NCBI GenBank assembly: GCA_949286725.1
Contig: CASECZ010000006.1
Span: 3,847-67,846 of the forward strand
Reading direction: 5' to 3'
Source: an uncultured Clostridia bacterium
Lineage (GTDB): Bacteria; Bacillota; Clostridia; Christensenellales; CAG-917
DNA: 64,000 nucleotides
Shown here: positions 31,050-40,760 of the stretch, piece after piece
How positions within the stretch are numbered: position 1 is the first letter of the stretch
How the letters are laid out: each line of letters opens with the position of its first letter
Program-made: the position numbers and the translations under genes
Notes under the pieces: generated by a model
Told to the model about the DNA's origin: nothing
Databases searched by the model: none
The model's input: the letters and a program-made list of their open reading frames with translations, nothing else

Positions 31050-31691
31050 ATGAAAATCACGAACGCCGCGTTTCTGACGTCGGTCTCCAAGTCGGACAAT
31101 TTGCCCGATTTCAACGCACCCGAAATCGCCTTTGCCGGCAAATCCAACGTCGGCAAGTCGTCGTTTATCAATTTTCTGACCAACAACGGCAAACTGGCGC
31201 GCACGTCGGGCGACCCCGGAAGAACGCGCCTGCTCAATTATTTCTCCGTAAACGGCGGCGAACTCGTCTTTGTCGACCTGCCCGGATACGGCTTTGCCAA
31301 AGTTGCCAAGTCCGAAAAGGCAAAATGGGGAGAAATGATAGAAGGATATCTCGTTAAGAGTGAAAGACTGCTCAACGTCTTCGTCTTGCTCGACGTACGC
31401 CACGAGCCCACGTCGGACGACAAAATGCTGCTCAACTTCCTCTATCACTACAACATTCCATTCACAGTAATCGCCACCAAGTGCGACAAACTGTCCAAGT
31501 CGCAGATAAATCAGCGCAGGAGAGAGATTGCCTCCTCCATCGGCGTGGGTGTTCAGAACGTCTTTACCGTGTCCGCGCTCAAAAAGACGGGCAGGGAAGA
31601 GATACTCGACCGCATCGAAGCTTTGATGACCCCCGTTGCCGTGTGCGAGGAGTCGGAGGACGAAAACGGAGAGGACGCCCCCGCACGGTAA
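31050..31691 (+). CDS. engB: Ribosome biogenesis GTPase YsxC/EngB
   Basis: GKSNVGKSS, DLPGYG, TKCDK. Confidence 0.96.
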   Translation: MKITNAAFLTSVSKSDNLPDFNAPEIAFAGKSNVGKSSFINFLTNNGKLARTSGDPGRTRLLNYFSVNGGELVFVDLPGYGFAKVAKSEKAKWGEMIEGYLVKSERLLNVFVLLDVRHEPTSDDKMLLNFLYHYNIPFTVIATKCDKLSKSQINQRRREIASSIGVGVQNVFTVSALKKTGREEILDRIEALMTPVAVCEESEDENGEDAPAR

Positions 31692-31760
31692 TTTCCGTCG
31701 GGGTTGTCGCTTGCGTGCGGGCAAACAAAGTAACGCGTCGACTTAAACAAACCGAAACCG

Positions 31761-31787
31761 AAAACCGCGGGTTGCCGCGGTTTTTTT
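31761..31787 (+). terminator. Terminator after engB
   Basis: AAAACCGCGG-gttg-CCGCGG-TTTTTTT. Confidence 0.85.
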
Positions 31788-32117
31788 ATTTTTGCCGTTT
31801 TCAACCGAAATTCGGACGAAAGAAAAATTTTCAAAGTTTTCGGACGAATTTGGATAATATCAAATATTGCGATTGATTTTTGATTTATGCGTATCGCATT
31901 CGATTTTGACGAAGGTTATCCGACGGACGGCTCGATTGTGTCGGCAGACGGTCTGCATTTGCATTCCCATGCAGCCGTCAGGGGAAGAGGAAGTGCGACT
32001 TTATCGAGGACGGCAAAACAAAGTGCGGCAGAAATCAAACGGCAACCTGATTTTCGGTCACGGAAACACAAAGTGTCAAAACCGCTTAAAAATTAACGAT
32101 AGTTGAAATTTGTTTCA

Positions 32118-32183
32118 AAAGTATTATGATTATCAGCGAAAAGTATAGTACAAAACGGCAAAAATTATAATACCTTGGCACTT
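32118..32183 (+). repeat. Triple 22-bp repeat element, copy B
   Basis: aaagtattatgattatcagcga / aaagtatagtacaaaacggcaa / aaattataataccttggcactt. Confidence 0.78.
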
Positions 32184-32211
32184 GGCGAGGGGTTGATGGT
32201 AATTTCGGCAC

Positions 32212-32244
32212 AAAGAAAAGCGTCGGCGCATAAGACGCCGACGC
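32212..32244 (-). terminator. Terminator of the metallophosphoesterase gene
   Basis: GCGTCGGCG...CGCCGACGC stem with an A-rich left flank. Confidence 0.75.
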
Positions 32245-32262
32245 GGTGCTGTCGAGTGGGTG

Positions 32263-32952
32263 TCAGAACAGTCTGACAAGCTTGTTTTCGACCAGGTCGC
32301 AGGAAGTGATGTAGTAAGGAATGCCGTCCTTTTTGACGACGGGCGTCACGCGGGAATTTTTGCCGTGCAGGTGTCCGTAGGTGACGCTGTTGACGTTATA
32401 TTTTCTCAAAAGTTGCGTTACGTCGCTGTCGTTGTATTTCGCGTCGAAGGGCGGATAGTGCAATACGGCAATCAACACGTCGCCGTCTTTGCGCTGTTCG
32501 CTTGCGGATTTCAGCGAAAGTTCCAGCCTGATGAGTTCGCGCTCGAAAATCTTTTTGTCGTGTTCTTCGGTGTCGTGTTCGGGTATGGTCCATCCGCGCG
32601 TGCCGCAAATGAGATATTCGCGCTCGCGCACGCAGTTGTTTTGTATGAATGTGAATTGCGGAAAGTTGCTGCGCATTTTTCCGAGGGAGTTCCAGTAATA
32701 ATCGTGATTGCCTTTGACGACGATTTTTTTGCCCGTAAGTTCGGCAATCGCGGCATAATCGGGTGCCGCCTCTTCCACGGTAAGACCCCACGACAAGTCG
32801 CCGCCCAAAAGTACAAGGTCGTCGTCGCTCACGCGCGAAAGCCAGTCCTTGCGGACGTTCTCGAAGTGGTTTTGCCAACCGTCGCCGAAAATGTCCATGG
32901 GTTTTTCCACGGCGGAAGAGAGATGCAAATCGCTTATCGCAAAAACTTTCAT
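32263..32952 (-). CDS. Calcineurin-like metallophosphoesterase
   Basis: SDLH, GGD, GNHD, HYPP, YGHLH. Confidence 0.93.
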   Translation of the reverse strand: MKVFAISDLHLSSAVEKPMDIFGDGWQNHFENVRKDWLSRVSDDDLVLLGGDLSWGLTVEEAAPDYAAIAELTGKKIVVKGNHDYYWNSLGKMRSNFPQFTFIQNNCVREREYLICGTRGWTIPEHDTEEHDKKIFERELIRLELSLKSASEQRKDGDVLIAVLHYPPFDAKYNDSDVTQLLRKYNVNSVTYGHLHGKNSRVTPVVKKDGIPYYITSCDLVENKLVRLF

Positions 32953-33125
32953 ACTCGGATTTTATCACATTCGCGCGTTTTTATCAACATTTTGCCGCGG
33001 TCGCGTCGGGGGATTTTTGCAAGGTCGGAATGCACGCTCGCGTGTGTGTTTTTCCGCGTCCCGAAACATCGCGGAGCTTGAAAATCATAAAGCCGCGCGA
33101 AGGGGAAACGTACTTTTCGGACAAT

Positions 33126-33151
33126 AAAAAAACGGAGTAAAACTCCGTTTT
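33126..33151 (-). terminator. Intrinsic terminator
   Basis: AAAAAAACGGAG-taaaa-CTCCGTTTT. Confidence 0.8.
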
Positions 33152-33170
33152 CCGTTTGTGTGTGACGTCG

Positions 33171-33803
33171 TCAGGACGGGAAGAGCGGCAGGTCGAATAC
33201 GCCTTGGCACACCTCCTGCGAGAACTCCGTGCAGGGCGGGATTTTGCAGTAGCCGTACGACGGAACGAGCAGGTCCACGTCGGCGAGTACTTTCATCACC
33301 ACCGTTGTGCAGGCGGTAATCGTAAACGTGGTGCCGCTGACGTAGGTGCCGTTGGGACTTGCCATATTGACGGTCGCCGCGAGTTCCACGGGGAAAACGC
33401 TGCCCGTCGGCACGCACATGACGATATCTTCGGTGAGGGTAATCGTACCCGTGCCCGTGCCTTCGACGCCGTTGCTGTCGGTGTAAGTAATCTGAACGGG
33501 TATGGATACGTTGGCGAGCACTCTCGAAAGTCCGGGTCTGTCCGAAAGGGGAGTTACCGTGAGTGACGAAATCGTGCCCTTGCTGGAAGTTGATTTGCCG
33601 CTGACAAACGTCAAGGGTTCGGCGGGCGAGGCCGGAGTCAGGTCGGTGAGAGTCACGTTGAGGCTTTCGAGCGTGGACTGCGTAATGCAGGCGTCGAAGA
33701 CTTTTTTGACCTGAATGCAGACTTTTTCGCAAAGTCCGTTCATCGGATTGCCGCTGATGTTCCCGGGACATCTGTCGGTATTATTCGTGTTGCAAAAAGA
33801 CAT
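33171..33803 (-). CDS. Cys/Thr-rich probable spore coat/exosporium protein
   Basis: KVCIQVKKVFDAC and LLVPSYGYC..PPC..F...VC patterns; AAGGAGG RBS; sigma-K-like AC-N17-CATATATTA upstream. Confidence 0.7.
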   Translation of the reverse strand: MSFCNTNNTDRCPGNISGNPMNGLCEKVCIQVKKVFDACITQSTLESLNVTLTDLTPASPAEPLTFVSGKSTSSKGTISSLTVTPLSDRPGLSRVLANVSIPVQITYTDSNGVEGTGTGTITLTEDIVMCVPTGSVFPVELAATVNMASPNGTYVSGTTFTITACTTVVMKVLADVDLLVPSYGYCKIPPCTEFSQEVCQGVFDLPLFPS

Positions 33804-34044
33804 CTTTTTACCTCCTTGTCGTTTTGCTGTAATATATGCGAAGCGAAAATTAAAAGTGAATTCGAGGGATTTTGCCCGTTTGCGGCGGGTTTTGCACGCT
33901 TGGCGACACAGACGTCGGAAGGGAGATTGTCATAGCTTTATGCGGGTTTTTCCACAAGACAGTGAGTTTTTGCCATTCATTTGTGCATAATGTTCAAAAG
34001 TGAACTAATAAAAATCGAAAAATTGCGTAAATAAATTGTTTTTA

Positions 34045-34078
34045 AGTGGTTGACAGTGGTCAAATTGTATTGTAGAAT
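34045..34078 (+). promoter_or_regulatory. mraZ sigma-A promoter with MraZ-type GTGG repeats
   Basis: TTGACA-17-TAGAAT; AGTGGT at 34045 and 34055 (10-bp phase). Confidence 0.7.
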
Positions 34079-34099
34079 ACAATCACAAGGAGACCGCCT

Positions 34100-34546
34100 A
34101 TGCCCAAATTCATGCTGGGAAACGTTCGTCATCAGCTCGACGACAAAGGACGTATGAGAATTCCCGCCAAGTTCCGTGAGGGAGTTGGCGCGAATGCTTA
34201 TATCGTGCCCGGCAGAGTAGGCTGCCTCTTCATCATTCCCGAGGAAAGGTTCGAGAGCGTCATCGCTTCGCTCGGTGCGGACAACCTCTATGCCGACAAC
34301 GACGCCAACAACATGGCAACCGACATTCTCGGCAACGGCGATTATCTCGAAGAGGACGCACAGGGAAGAGTAAGGTTGTCCAAGGAACTGGCGAAAACCG
34401 CCGGCATCGACAAAGAAGTGGTCTTTGTGGGCAAAGCGACTTATCTCGAAGTGTGGCCTGCCGAGACATGGGACGCGAGATTCAGCGTGCTCAACCCCGA
34501 CAACCTTAACAGAATGATTGAAAAACTCAAAAAATTCGGAGTGTAA
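34100..34546 (+). CDS. mraZ: Transcriptional regulator MraZ
   Basis: HQLDDKGRMRIPAKFR, DAQGRV, LEVW. Confidence 0.93.
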   Translation: MPKFMLGNVRHQLDDKGRMRIPAKFREGVGANAYIVPGRVGCLFIIPEERFESVIASLGADNLYADNDANNMATDILGNGDYLEEDAQGRVRLSKELAKTAGIDKEVVFVGKATYLEVWPAETWDARFSVLNPDNLNRMIEKLKKFGV

Positions 34547-34547
34547 A

Positions 34548-35483
34548 ATGGAGTTCCTTCACAAGCCCGTTATGCTCGACGAGTGTATCGGTGCGCTCGA
34601 CGTCAAACCCGACGGAATTTACGTGGACGGTACGGTCGGCGGGGGAGGACACTCTTACGAGATAGCCGCAAGGCTTACCGAAGGCGGAAGGTTGTTCGAT
34701 TTCGACAAGGACGAGGAAGCTCTCGCCGCCGCAAAACGGAAACTGGAACCGTTTGCCGACAGAATAACTTTCGTGCACGACGATTTTAAAAACGCTTGCG
34801 CCGCACTCGACGCGGCGGGCGTGGGAGAAATCGACGGAGTGCTGTTGGACCTGGGCGTATCGTCCTACCAACTGGACAATGCGGAAAGAGGGTTCAGTTA
34901 CGTAAAGGACGCGCCGCTGGACATGAGAATGGACAGAGGACAGCGCGTGAGTGCGTACGACGTCGTCAACGGATACTCGGCGCAGGAACTGGCAAAGATA
35001 TTCCGCGATTACGGCGAAGAGAAACTGGCGTCGAAAATCGCGGCGAAAATAGTTAAAGAAAGGGCGTCCGCCCCCGTGCAGACCACGGGTCGCCTCGCGG
35101 AGATAGTCGAAAGTTGTTATCCGCCCGAGACGAGATGGAAGTTCGGACACCCCGCAAAAAGGGTCTTTCAGGCAATCCGAATCGAAGTCAACGGAGAACT
35201 TGACGGACTGGAAGAGAGCGTCACGCTTCTTGCGCGACGGCTGAAAAAAGGCGGACGGATTGCGGTGATAACATTCCATTCGCTGGAAGACAGGGCAGTG
35301 AAAAACGCGTTCAGACAGATGAGTTTGTCCTGCACTTGTCCCCCCGATTTCCCGGTCTGCGTATGCGGAAAGGTGAGCGAGGTAAAAATACTTACGAACA
35401 AACCCGTCACGGCAAGTGACGACGAACTTAAAGAAAATCCGAGGGCAGAGAGTGCGAAACTCCGCGTCGCGGAAAGAATTTGA
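34548..35483 (+). CDS. rsmH: 16S rRNA m4C1402 methyltransferase
   Basis: HKPVML, DGTVGGGGHS, DLGVSSYQLD, FHSLEDR. Confidence 0.97.
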   Translation: MEFLHKPVMLDECIGALDVKPDGIYVDGTVGGGGHSYEIAARLTEGGRLFDFDKDEEALAAAKRKLEPFADRITFVHDDFKNACAALDAAGVGEIDGVLLDLGVSSYQLDNAERGFSYVKDAPLDMRMDRGQRVSAYDVVNGYSAQELAKIFRDYGEEKLASKIAAKIVKERASAPVQTTGRLAEIVESCYPPETRWKFGHPAKRVFQAIRIEVNGELDGLEESVTLLARRLKKGGRIAVITFHSLEDRAVKNAFRQMSLSCTCPPDFPVCVCGKVSEVKILTNKPVTASDDELKENPRAESAKLRVAERI

Positions 35484-35493
35484 GAGGTGCAAT

Positions 35494-36282
35494 ATGGCAA
35501 TAACTCTTGACGAATTGCTCGGCAGAAATCAAAATGCGAACGTCGCGGCTGCTCCCGTTGACAGATTTCCTTCATACGACGATTACACGGCCTCTCGACG
35601 CGCTCAGGAGCCCGTGAACGACTATGCCGCTCCCGCGGCAAGACCCGCATACAACTTCGAGTCCCGCCCTTACACCGCGCCCCGTTCCGTGGAAGCGGTG
35701 AGAGAGTACGAGGCGTCCCGTCCTTACGAGGCACCCCGTTTCAACGAGTACAGAAACGGCGGCTACAATTCCATGGACGCGCGCATCGCGACCAAGGAAA
35801 AGACTTATGCCTCCGAAGAGGAATATAACAGTTATCTCGACTACAACGCTCCCGTCCGCGAGGAGCAACCCGCGAGAAACCTCTACGAGTTCACGGTGAA
35901 CGACAGAGAAAGAAAGTCCGACGAGGACCTCTATGGCAGACTTTCGATGTCGGGCGGTGCGGCGACGGCGACCATGCCCGATGCACACGCGCAGAGAGAG
36001 TCCTATGCGGAAAACTACGTCGAGCGTTACAGAGAGCAGTGCGGTGCGCAGTCGCGCAAGCGTATGCACCTCGGGCTCAAAGCAAAACTCATAATCGCGG
36101 CGTACCTCGTAGTCGTGGTGTTGGTTTCGGTGCTCATCATCGTCAACGCCAAACCCCTGAACAACGGTACGGCGAAAGTTCCTTCGTCCTCCGCCGTCGG
36201 CGCGTACGTGCAGGAGTTCGAACCCGAAACCGCGAATAATCCGATTTCTTCCCAAATAGAATTTGGGTATGAAATCCGTTAA
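35494..36282 (+). CDS. Single-TM protein at the ftsL position with long Tyr-rich disordered N-terminus
   Basis: GAGGT RBS; between rsmH and the PBP; one TM (LIIAAYLVVVVLVSVLIIV) near the C-terminus. Confidence 0.75.
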   Translation: MAITLDELLGRNQNANVAAAPVDRFPSYDDYTASRRAQEPVNDYAAPAARPAYNFESRPYTAPRSVEAVREYEASRPYEAPRFNEYRNGGYNSMDARIATKEKTYASEEEYNSYLDYNAPVREEQPARNLYEFTVNDRERKSDEDLYGRLSMSGGAATATMPDAHAQRESYAENYVERYREQCGAQSRKRMHLGLKAKLIIAAYLVVVVLVSVLIIVNAKPLNNGTAKVPSSSAVGAYVQEFEPETANNPISSQIEFGYEIR

Positions 36283-38197
36283 ATGCGACCATAATCAATC
36301 CCCAATTATTCATAATCCGAGAAAAAGGCTGTTGGCGGTTTTACTGCTGGCGGTCTTTTTCTTTGTCGCGGTGTTTGCAAAAGTGTTCGTCGTTACGGTG
36401 ATACAGAGCAAGGACTTGCAGGTCAAAGCCTTGTCGCAGTGGATGCGCGACGTTCCGACGGACGCACCGCGAGGCAGAATTCTGGATCGCAACGGAACCG
36501 TGCTCGCCGACACGGCGACGCGATACAACATTTACGTCAGACCCAACGCAGTCGCGGACAAGCAGTCTGTTGCGACGCTTATAGCATCGGTTTTCGGTTA
36601 TTCCTACGAAGAGACACTGGAAAAGATATCCGCATCGGCATCGGAAATCACGGTTGCGCGCGGAGCGACCAAAGAGCAACTCGACGCTCTGTACGCGAGC
36701 GGTCTTTCGGGTATTTATTACGGCGAGGACAATTTCAGGTACTATCCATACGGAGATTTCATGACGCAGGTGCTCGGGTTCACGGGGTTCGACGGCAACG
36801 GACAGACGGGGCTCGAAGCCTATTACGACAAGTATCTGACGGGTATCGACGGCAGCATTCTGACGGAAACCGACCTCGTGGGCAGGGAACTGGAAGGCGG
36901 AGGCAGATACTACGTGCCGCCCGTTTCCGGAATGGACGTGGTGACGACCCTCGACGCCACCGTGCAACGGATTGCGGACGCGGCAATCGGGACCGCCGTC
37001 GCAAACTTCAACCCGAAAGCGGCGTACTGCGTGGTCATGAACTATCGCACGGGAGAAATCGTCGCGCTGTCGGAGTATCCGTCTTTCGACCTGAACAACG
37101 TACCGCGCGACGACCTCGAACAACTGTTCGGTTATTCCAAAAGCAAGACGGTGTCCACGGTGTACGAGCCGGGGTCGACGTTCAAAATTCTGACTGCCGC
37201 CGCGGCATTGGATACGGGTGCGGTGAGCGTGACGGACAGGTTTTACTGCGCGGGCACCCGCGTTGTCGACGGACAGAAAATCCGTTGTTGGAAAGCCAAA
37301 GGTCACGGGTCGATAGACTTTGCCGAAGGTGTGGAACAGAGCTGCAACTGCGTGTTCATGGACAGCGCGCTCGCCATGGGAACGGATACGTTCTACGGGT
37401 ATCTTCAATCCTTTGGATTGAAAACGCAGACGGGCGTGGACATAACCGGTGAAACGTCGGGGATATTCATTGCGCAGGACGCCGTGAAAAACGTCGACCT
37501 CGCCCGCATAGGTTTCGGGCAGGCAGTCGCAGTTACGCCGATTGGAATGCTCGCCGCCGCGTCCTCCGTCGTCAACGGAGGCACTCTCGTCACTCCGCAT
37601 TTGCTGAACTACGTGTCCGACCCTTATTCGGGGGAGAAGATATACTCGGATTTTCCGTCGCGCGGCACCACGATTTCCGCCGCCACTTCGGAAACGATGC
37701 GCGGACTGCTGACCCGCGTCGTCGAGAACGGCAGCGGCAAATCCGCGTACGTCGCGGGTTATAAAATCGCGGGGAAGACGGGCACGGCGCAGAAATACGA
37801 GAACGGACATATAGCGCAGGGCAAGTATATCTCGTCCTTCCTCGGTTTTTCGCTCGAAGAAGAGGCGCCTTACGCCGTGCTTATGATAGTCGACGAACCG
37901 CAGGGGTATATGTACTACGGGTCGCTCGTTGCCGCGCCTTTGGTGGGCGACGTGTTCGAAGGCATGTTCGCCTATTTCGACGTCGAACCCGAGTTCACGG
38001 GAGAGGAGGCGGAAATCGTGGGAGAACCCTTTGCCCTCGACGACTATACGGGTATGAGCGTGACGCAGGCGAGGCTGGCCCTGCAAAAGCTCGGCGTATA
38101 CGTCGAAACGGACGGCGACGGGGACACGGTAACAGGGCAGTTCCCCGCGGCGGGAGCAATCGTGGACAAGCGGAACACGGTGTTGCTTCTGACGTGA
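36269..38197 (+). CDS. spoVD: Class B penicillin-binding protein, SpoVD-like
   Basis: RGRILDRNG, STFK, SCN, KTGT, C-terminal PASTA; sigma-E-like GAATAAT-N14-AATAGAAT upstream. Confidence 0.88.
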   Translation: MKSVKCDHNQSPIIHNPRKRLLAVLLLAVFFFVAVFAKVFVVTVIQSKDLQVKALSQWMRDVPTDAPRGRILDRNGTVLADTATRYNIYVRPNAVADKQSVATLIASVFGYSYEETLEKISASASEITVARGATKEQLDALYASGLSGIYYGEDNFRYYPYGDFMTQVLGFTGFDGNGQTGLEAYYDKYLTGIDGSILTETDLVGRELEGGGRYYVPPVSGMDVVTTLDATVQRIADAAIGTAVANFNPKAAYCVVMNYRTGEIVALSEYPSFDLNNVPRDDLEQLFGYSKSKTVSTVYEPGSTFKILTAAAALDTGAVSVTDRFYCAGTRVVDGQKIRCWKAKGHGSIDFAEGVEQSCNCVFMDSALAMGTDTFYGYLQSFGLKTQTGVDITGETSGIFIAQDAVKNVDLARIGFGQAVAVTPIGMLAAASSVVNGGTLVTPHLLNYVSDPYSGEKIYSDFPSRGTTISAATSETMRGLLTRVVENGSGKSAYVAGYKIAGKTGTAQKYENGHIAQGKYISSFLGFSLEEEAPYAVLMIVDEPQGYMYYGSLVAAPLVGDVFEGMFAYFDVEPEFTGEEAEIVGEPFALDDYTGMSVTQARLALQKLGVYVETDGDGDTVTGQFPAAGAIVDKRNTVLLLT

Positions 38198-38322
38198 CGA
38201 CAACCGCAAAAAGCCTCTGTACAGTGCGAATTTCTTCCGTCGGTGACTAGTTTCGCCTTGCCATTGACCGCCCCCTATCAACTAATTATCATAAGTCTGT
38301 AAATTACTTCTCGGAGGTTTAT

Positions 38323-39762
38323 ATGACGCTTGAAAAATTGTTGGCGGGGGTGGAAGTCAAGGCTTTGCACGCCGACCCCGCGACGGAAATTTCTTCCTTG
38401 AAAATCAACTCGAAAGAGGTGCGCGAAGGCGACCTGTTTTTTTGTATGGAAGGTGTACGCGACGACGGCAACCGCTATATCGGCGAGATAAAGTGTCCTT
38501 TCGTCGCCGTCACGGAAAAGACGCCGTCCGAAAACGTCGAGTACGTGCAGGTCGAGAACGTCAGGCGGGCGTATTCCGTTATGTCGCAGAACTTCTATCT
38601 CAATCCTCTCGACGGAATGAAATTCGTGACCGTCGTGGGCACCAACGGAAAAACGTCGACGGCTCATTACATTTCTTCCATTCTCACGCACGCGGGTATG
38701 AAAACGGGCGTAATCGGCACGGAAGGACATTTCATCGCGGGGGAGAAGGTGGGCGCGAGTCTGACCACTCCCGACAGTTTCGAGCTCAACGGACTGTTTT
38801 TCAAAATGCGTGCCAAAGGCGTCGATGCCGTGGTGTCCGAGGTGTCGGCGCACGCCATACGACTGGATAAACTGTGCGGACTGAAAGCGGACATCGCGGT
38901 GTTCACCAACGTGACGCAGGACCACCTGGATTATTTCGGCGATTTCGAAACGTACAAGGACGTGAAGTTGTCCTATTTTTGCCCCGAGAACGTGAAAAAA
39001 GCCGTCGTCAATGCGGACGACCCCGCGGGAAGGGAACTCATGCGTCGGCTGGAAAAGACGGGGTTGCCCTGTGTGTCGTACGGATTGAACAATCCCGCGG
39101 ACACGTTTGCCGTCAACGTGGACGAAAACATAGACGGCATACGTTTCGTGGCAAACCTTTCGGACGATATCGTGGAGGTGAAGTCGGGGCTGTTCGGCGA
39201 GTTCAACGTCTACAACCTGCTTGCCGCGTTGACCGTGGCGCACGAACTCGGAATAAGCGCGGAAACGTTGACGCACGCAGTCAGGAAAATAAAGGCGGTA
39301 AAGGGCAGGTTCAGTATTTTACACAACGACAAAGGGCTGATAATCATCGATTACGCGCACACTCCCGACGGACTTGCAAACCTGCTCCGCACGGCGCGCA
39401 CGCTCACCAAATCGCGTCTGGTGACCGTGTTCGGGTGCGGGGGCGAACGCGACAGAAGCAAGCGGGCGATTATGGGAAAAATCGCCTCCGAATACAGCGA
39501 TTTCGTGGTGGTGACGTCGGACAATCCGCGTTTCGAAAATCCCGAAAACATAATCGCGGACATCGTCGCGGGGATACGCGGCGCGGATTTCAAAACCTTT
39601 GTGGACAGGACGGAAGCTATTGCCTTTGCAATGTCCGAAATGCTGGAAGGCGATACCGTGGTCATCGCGGGTAAGGGCAGCGAGGATTATCTCGAAGTGT
39701 GCGGGCGCAAAATTCCGTACAGCGATTTCGATACCGCGAGAAGGTGGGGACAGGCGCGATGA
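38323..39762 (+). CDS. murE: UDP-MurNAc-dipeptide--meso-DAP ligase
   Basis: GTNGKTS, DYAHTPDG, FGCGGERD, DNPR (DAP-type). Confidence 0.95.
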   Translation: MTLEKLLAGVEVKALHADPATEISSLKINSKEVREGDLFFCMEGVRDDGNRYIGEIKCPFVAVTEKTPSENVEYVQVENVRRAYSVMSQNFYLNPLDGMKFVTVVGTNGKTSTAHYISSILTHAGMKTGVIGTEGHFIAGEKVGASLTTPDSFELNGLFFKMRAKGVDAVVSEVSAHAIRLDKLCGLKADIAVFTNVTQDHLDYFGDFETYKDVKLSYFCPENVKKAVVNADDPAGRELMRRLEKTGLPCVSYGLNNPADTFAVNVDENIDGIRFVANLSDDIVEVKSGLFGEFNVYNLLAALTVAHELGISAETLTHAVRKIKAVKGRFSILHNDKGLIIIDYAHTPDGLANLLRTARTLTKSRLVTVFGCGGERDRSKRAIMGKIASEYSDFVVVTSDNPRFENPENIIADIVAGIRGADFKTFVDRTEAIAFAMSEMLEGDTVVIAGKGSEDYLEVCGRKIPYSDFDTARRWGQAR

Positions 39763-40760
39763 GCGAGGGCGTGAAACTTCTTCTTTACTTTGCGGGAGCG
39801 ACGGCGACGTCTTTGGCGTTCGCCCCGCTCGCGATTGCGGTTTTGCGCAAACTGAAAGCAGGGCAGACGGTGCTGGGATACGTCACCCAGCACGAACACA
39901 AAAGCGGCACTCCCACGATGGGCGGCATTATTTTTTTGTTGCCGGTACTTGTGTTCTCGCTTGTCGAAATGACGGCGTTTTCGCTGGTGGCGATGGCGCT
40001 CACGTTCGGTTACGCCGTGCTCGGATTTCTCGACGATTTCATAAAAATCCGCTTTGCCCGAAACCTGGGGCTGAAACCCTATCAGAAGATAATCGGACAA
40101 CTGGGACTTGCCGCGATTGCGGCGTACTTCGCGTATGCGTCGCCCCACATCGGCACGACGTTGTTTTTGCCGCTCGGCGGCGGAAACGGCGAGATGAGCT
40201 GGGGGATAATCCCGTTCGTGATACTCGTTTTCATCGCCACAACCAATTCCGTCAATCTGACCGACGGACTGGACGGTCTTGCGGGATTTACTTCTCTTGG
40301 TGCGTTTTTGTGCTATTCGCTGTTGTTCTATCTGACTTACGCCGACGCCGCGGCTCGCGGCGACGTCGCGTATGCCGAACAAATCGGCTCGCTTGCGGCG
40401 TTCTGCGTCGCGGTTATGGGCGGACTTGCGGGGTATCTCGTTTTCAACTCCAATCCCGCGCGCGTGATGATGGGCGACACGGGCTCCCTCGGACTGGGCG
40501 CGGCGGTCGCCTGTGCGGCAGTTTTTTCGCGCACGGAACTTCTTCTTCCCGTCGTAGGAATAATGTTCGTGTGGTCGAGCATAAGTGTAATAATGCAGGT
40601 GTCCGTATTCAAGCTGACTTCGAAACGCGTGTTCCTGATGTCGCCCTTTCATCATCATCTCGAAATGAAGGGTTGGTCGGAGGCGCGTGTGTGCACGCTT
40701 TATCTCGTGCTCACGCTTGTTGCGGGCGCGTTGACAATCGTCTTGGCGAGGGCAGTATGA
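39759..40760 (+). CDS. mraY: Phospho-MurNAc-pentapeptide transferase
   Basis: KSGTPTMGG, LDDFIK, NLTDGLDGL, MGDTGS, PFHHH. Confidence 0.96.
   Translation: MSEGVKLLLYFAGATATSLAFAPLAIAVLRKLKAGQTVLGYVTQHEHKSGTPTMGGIIFLLPVLVFSLVEMTAFSLVAMALTFGYAVLGFLDDFIKIRFARNLGLKPYQKIIGQLGLAAIAAYFAYASPHIGTTLFLPLGGGNGEMSWGIIPFVILVFIATTNSVNLTDGLDGLAGFTSLGAFLCYSLLFYLTYADAAARGDVAYAEQIGSLAAFCVAVMGGLAGYLVFNSNPARVMMGDTGSLGLGAAVACAAVFSRTELLLPVVGIMFVWSSISVIMQVSVFKLTSKRVFLMSPFHHHLEMKGWSEARVCTLYLVLTLVAGALTIVLARAV

Noticed and set aside
31975-32000. GTCAGG...GGAAG resembling SRP RNA helix 8
   Set aside because: The tetraloop stem and AGCAG partner strand are missing.
31887-32096. 69-aa ORF in the engB gap
   Set aside because: No SD, no convincing promoter spacing and no motif.
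32118-32183. 22-bp repeats as a mini-CRISPR array or plasmid iterons
   Set aside because: Units are degenerate and contiguous with no spacers, and there is no cas, rep or integrase gene nearby.
33997-34040. Possible fourth copy of the 22-bp element upstream of mraZ
   Set aside because: It has AAAGT...CGA ends but lacks the invariant TA...T core.
39599-40756. Apparent 820-aa MurD fusion
   Set aside because: The upstream part overlaps mraY in another frame; MurD starts at 40757 with an ATGA overlap.
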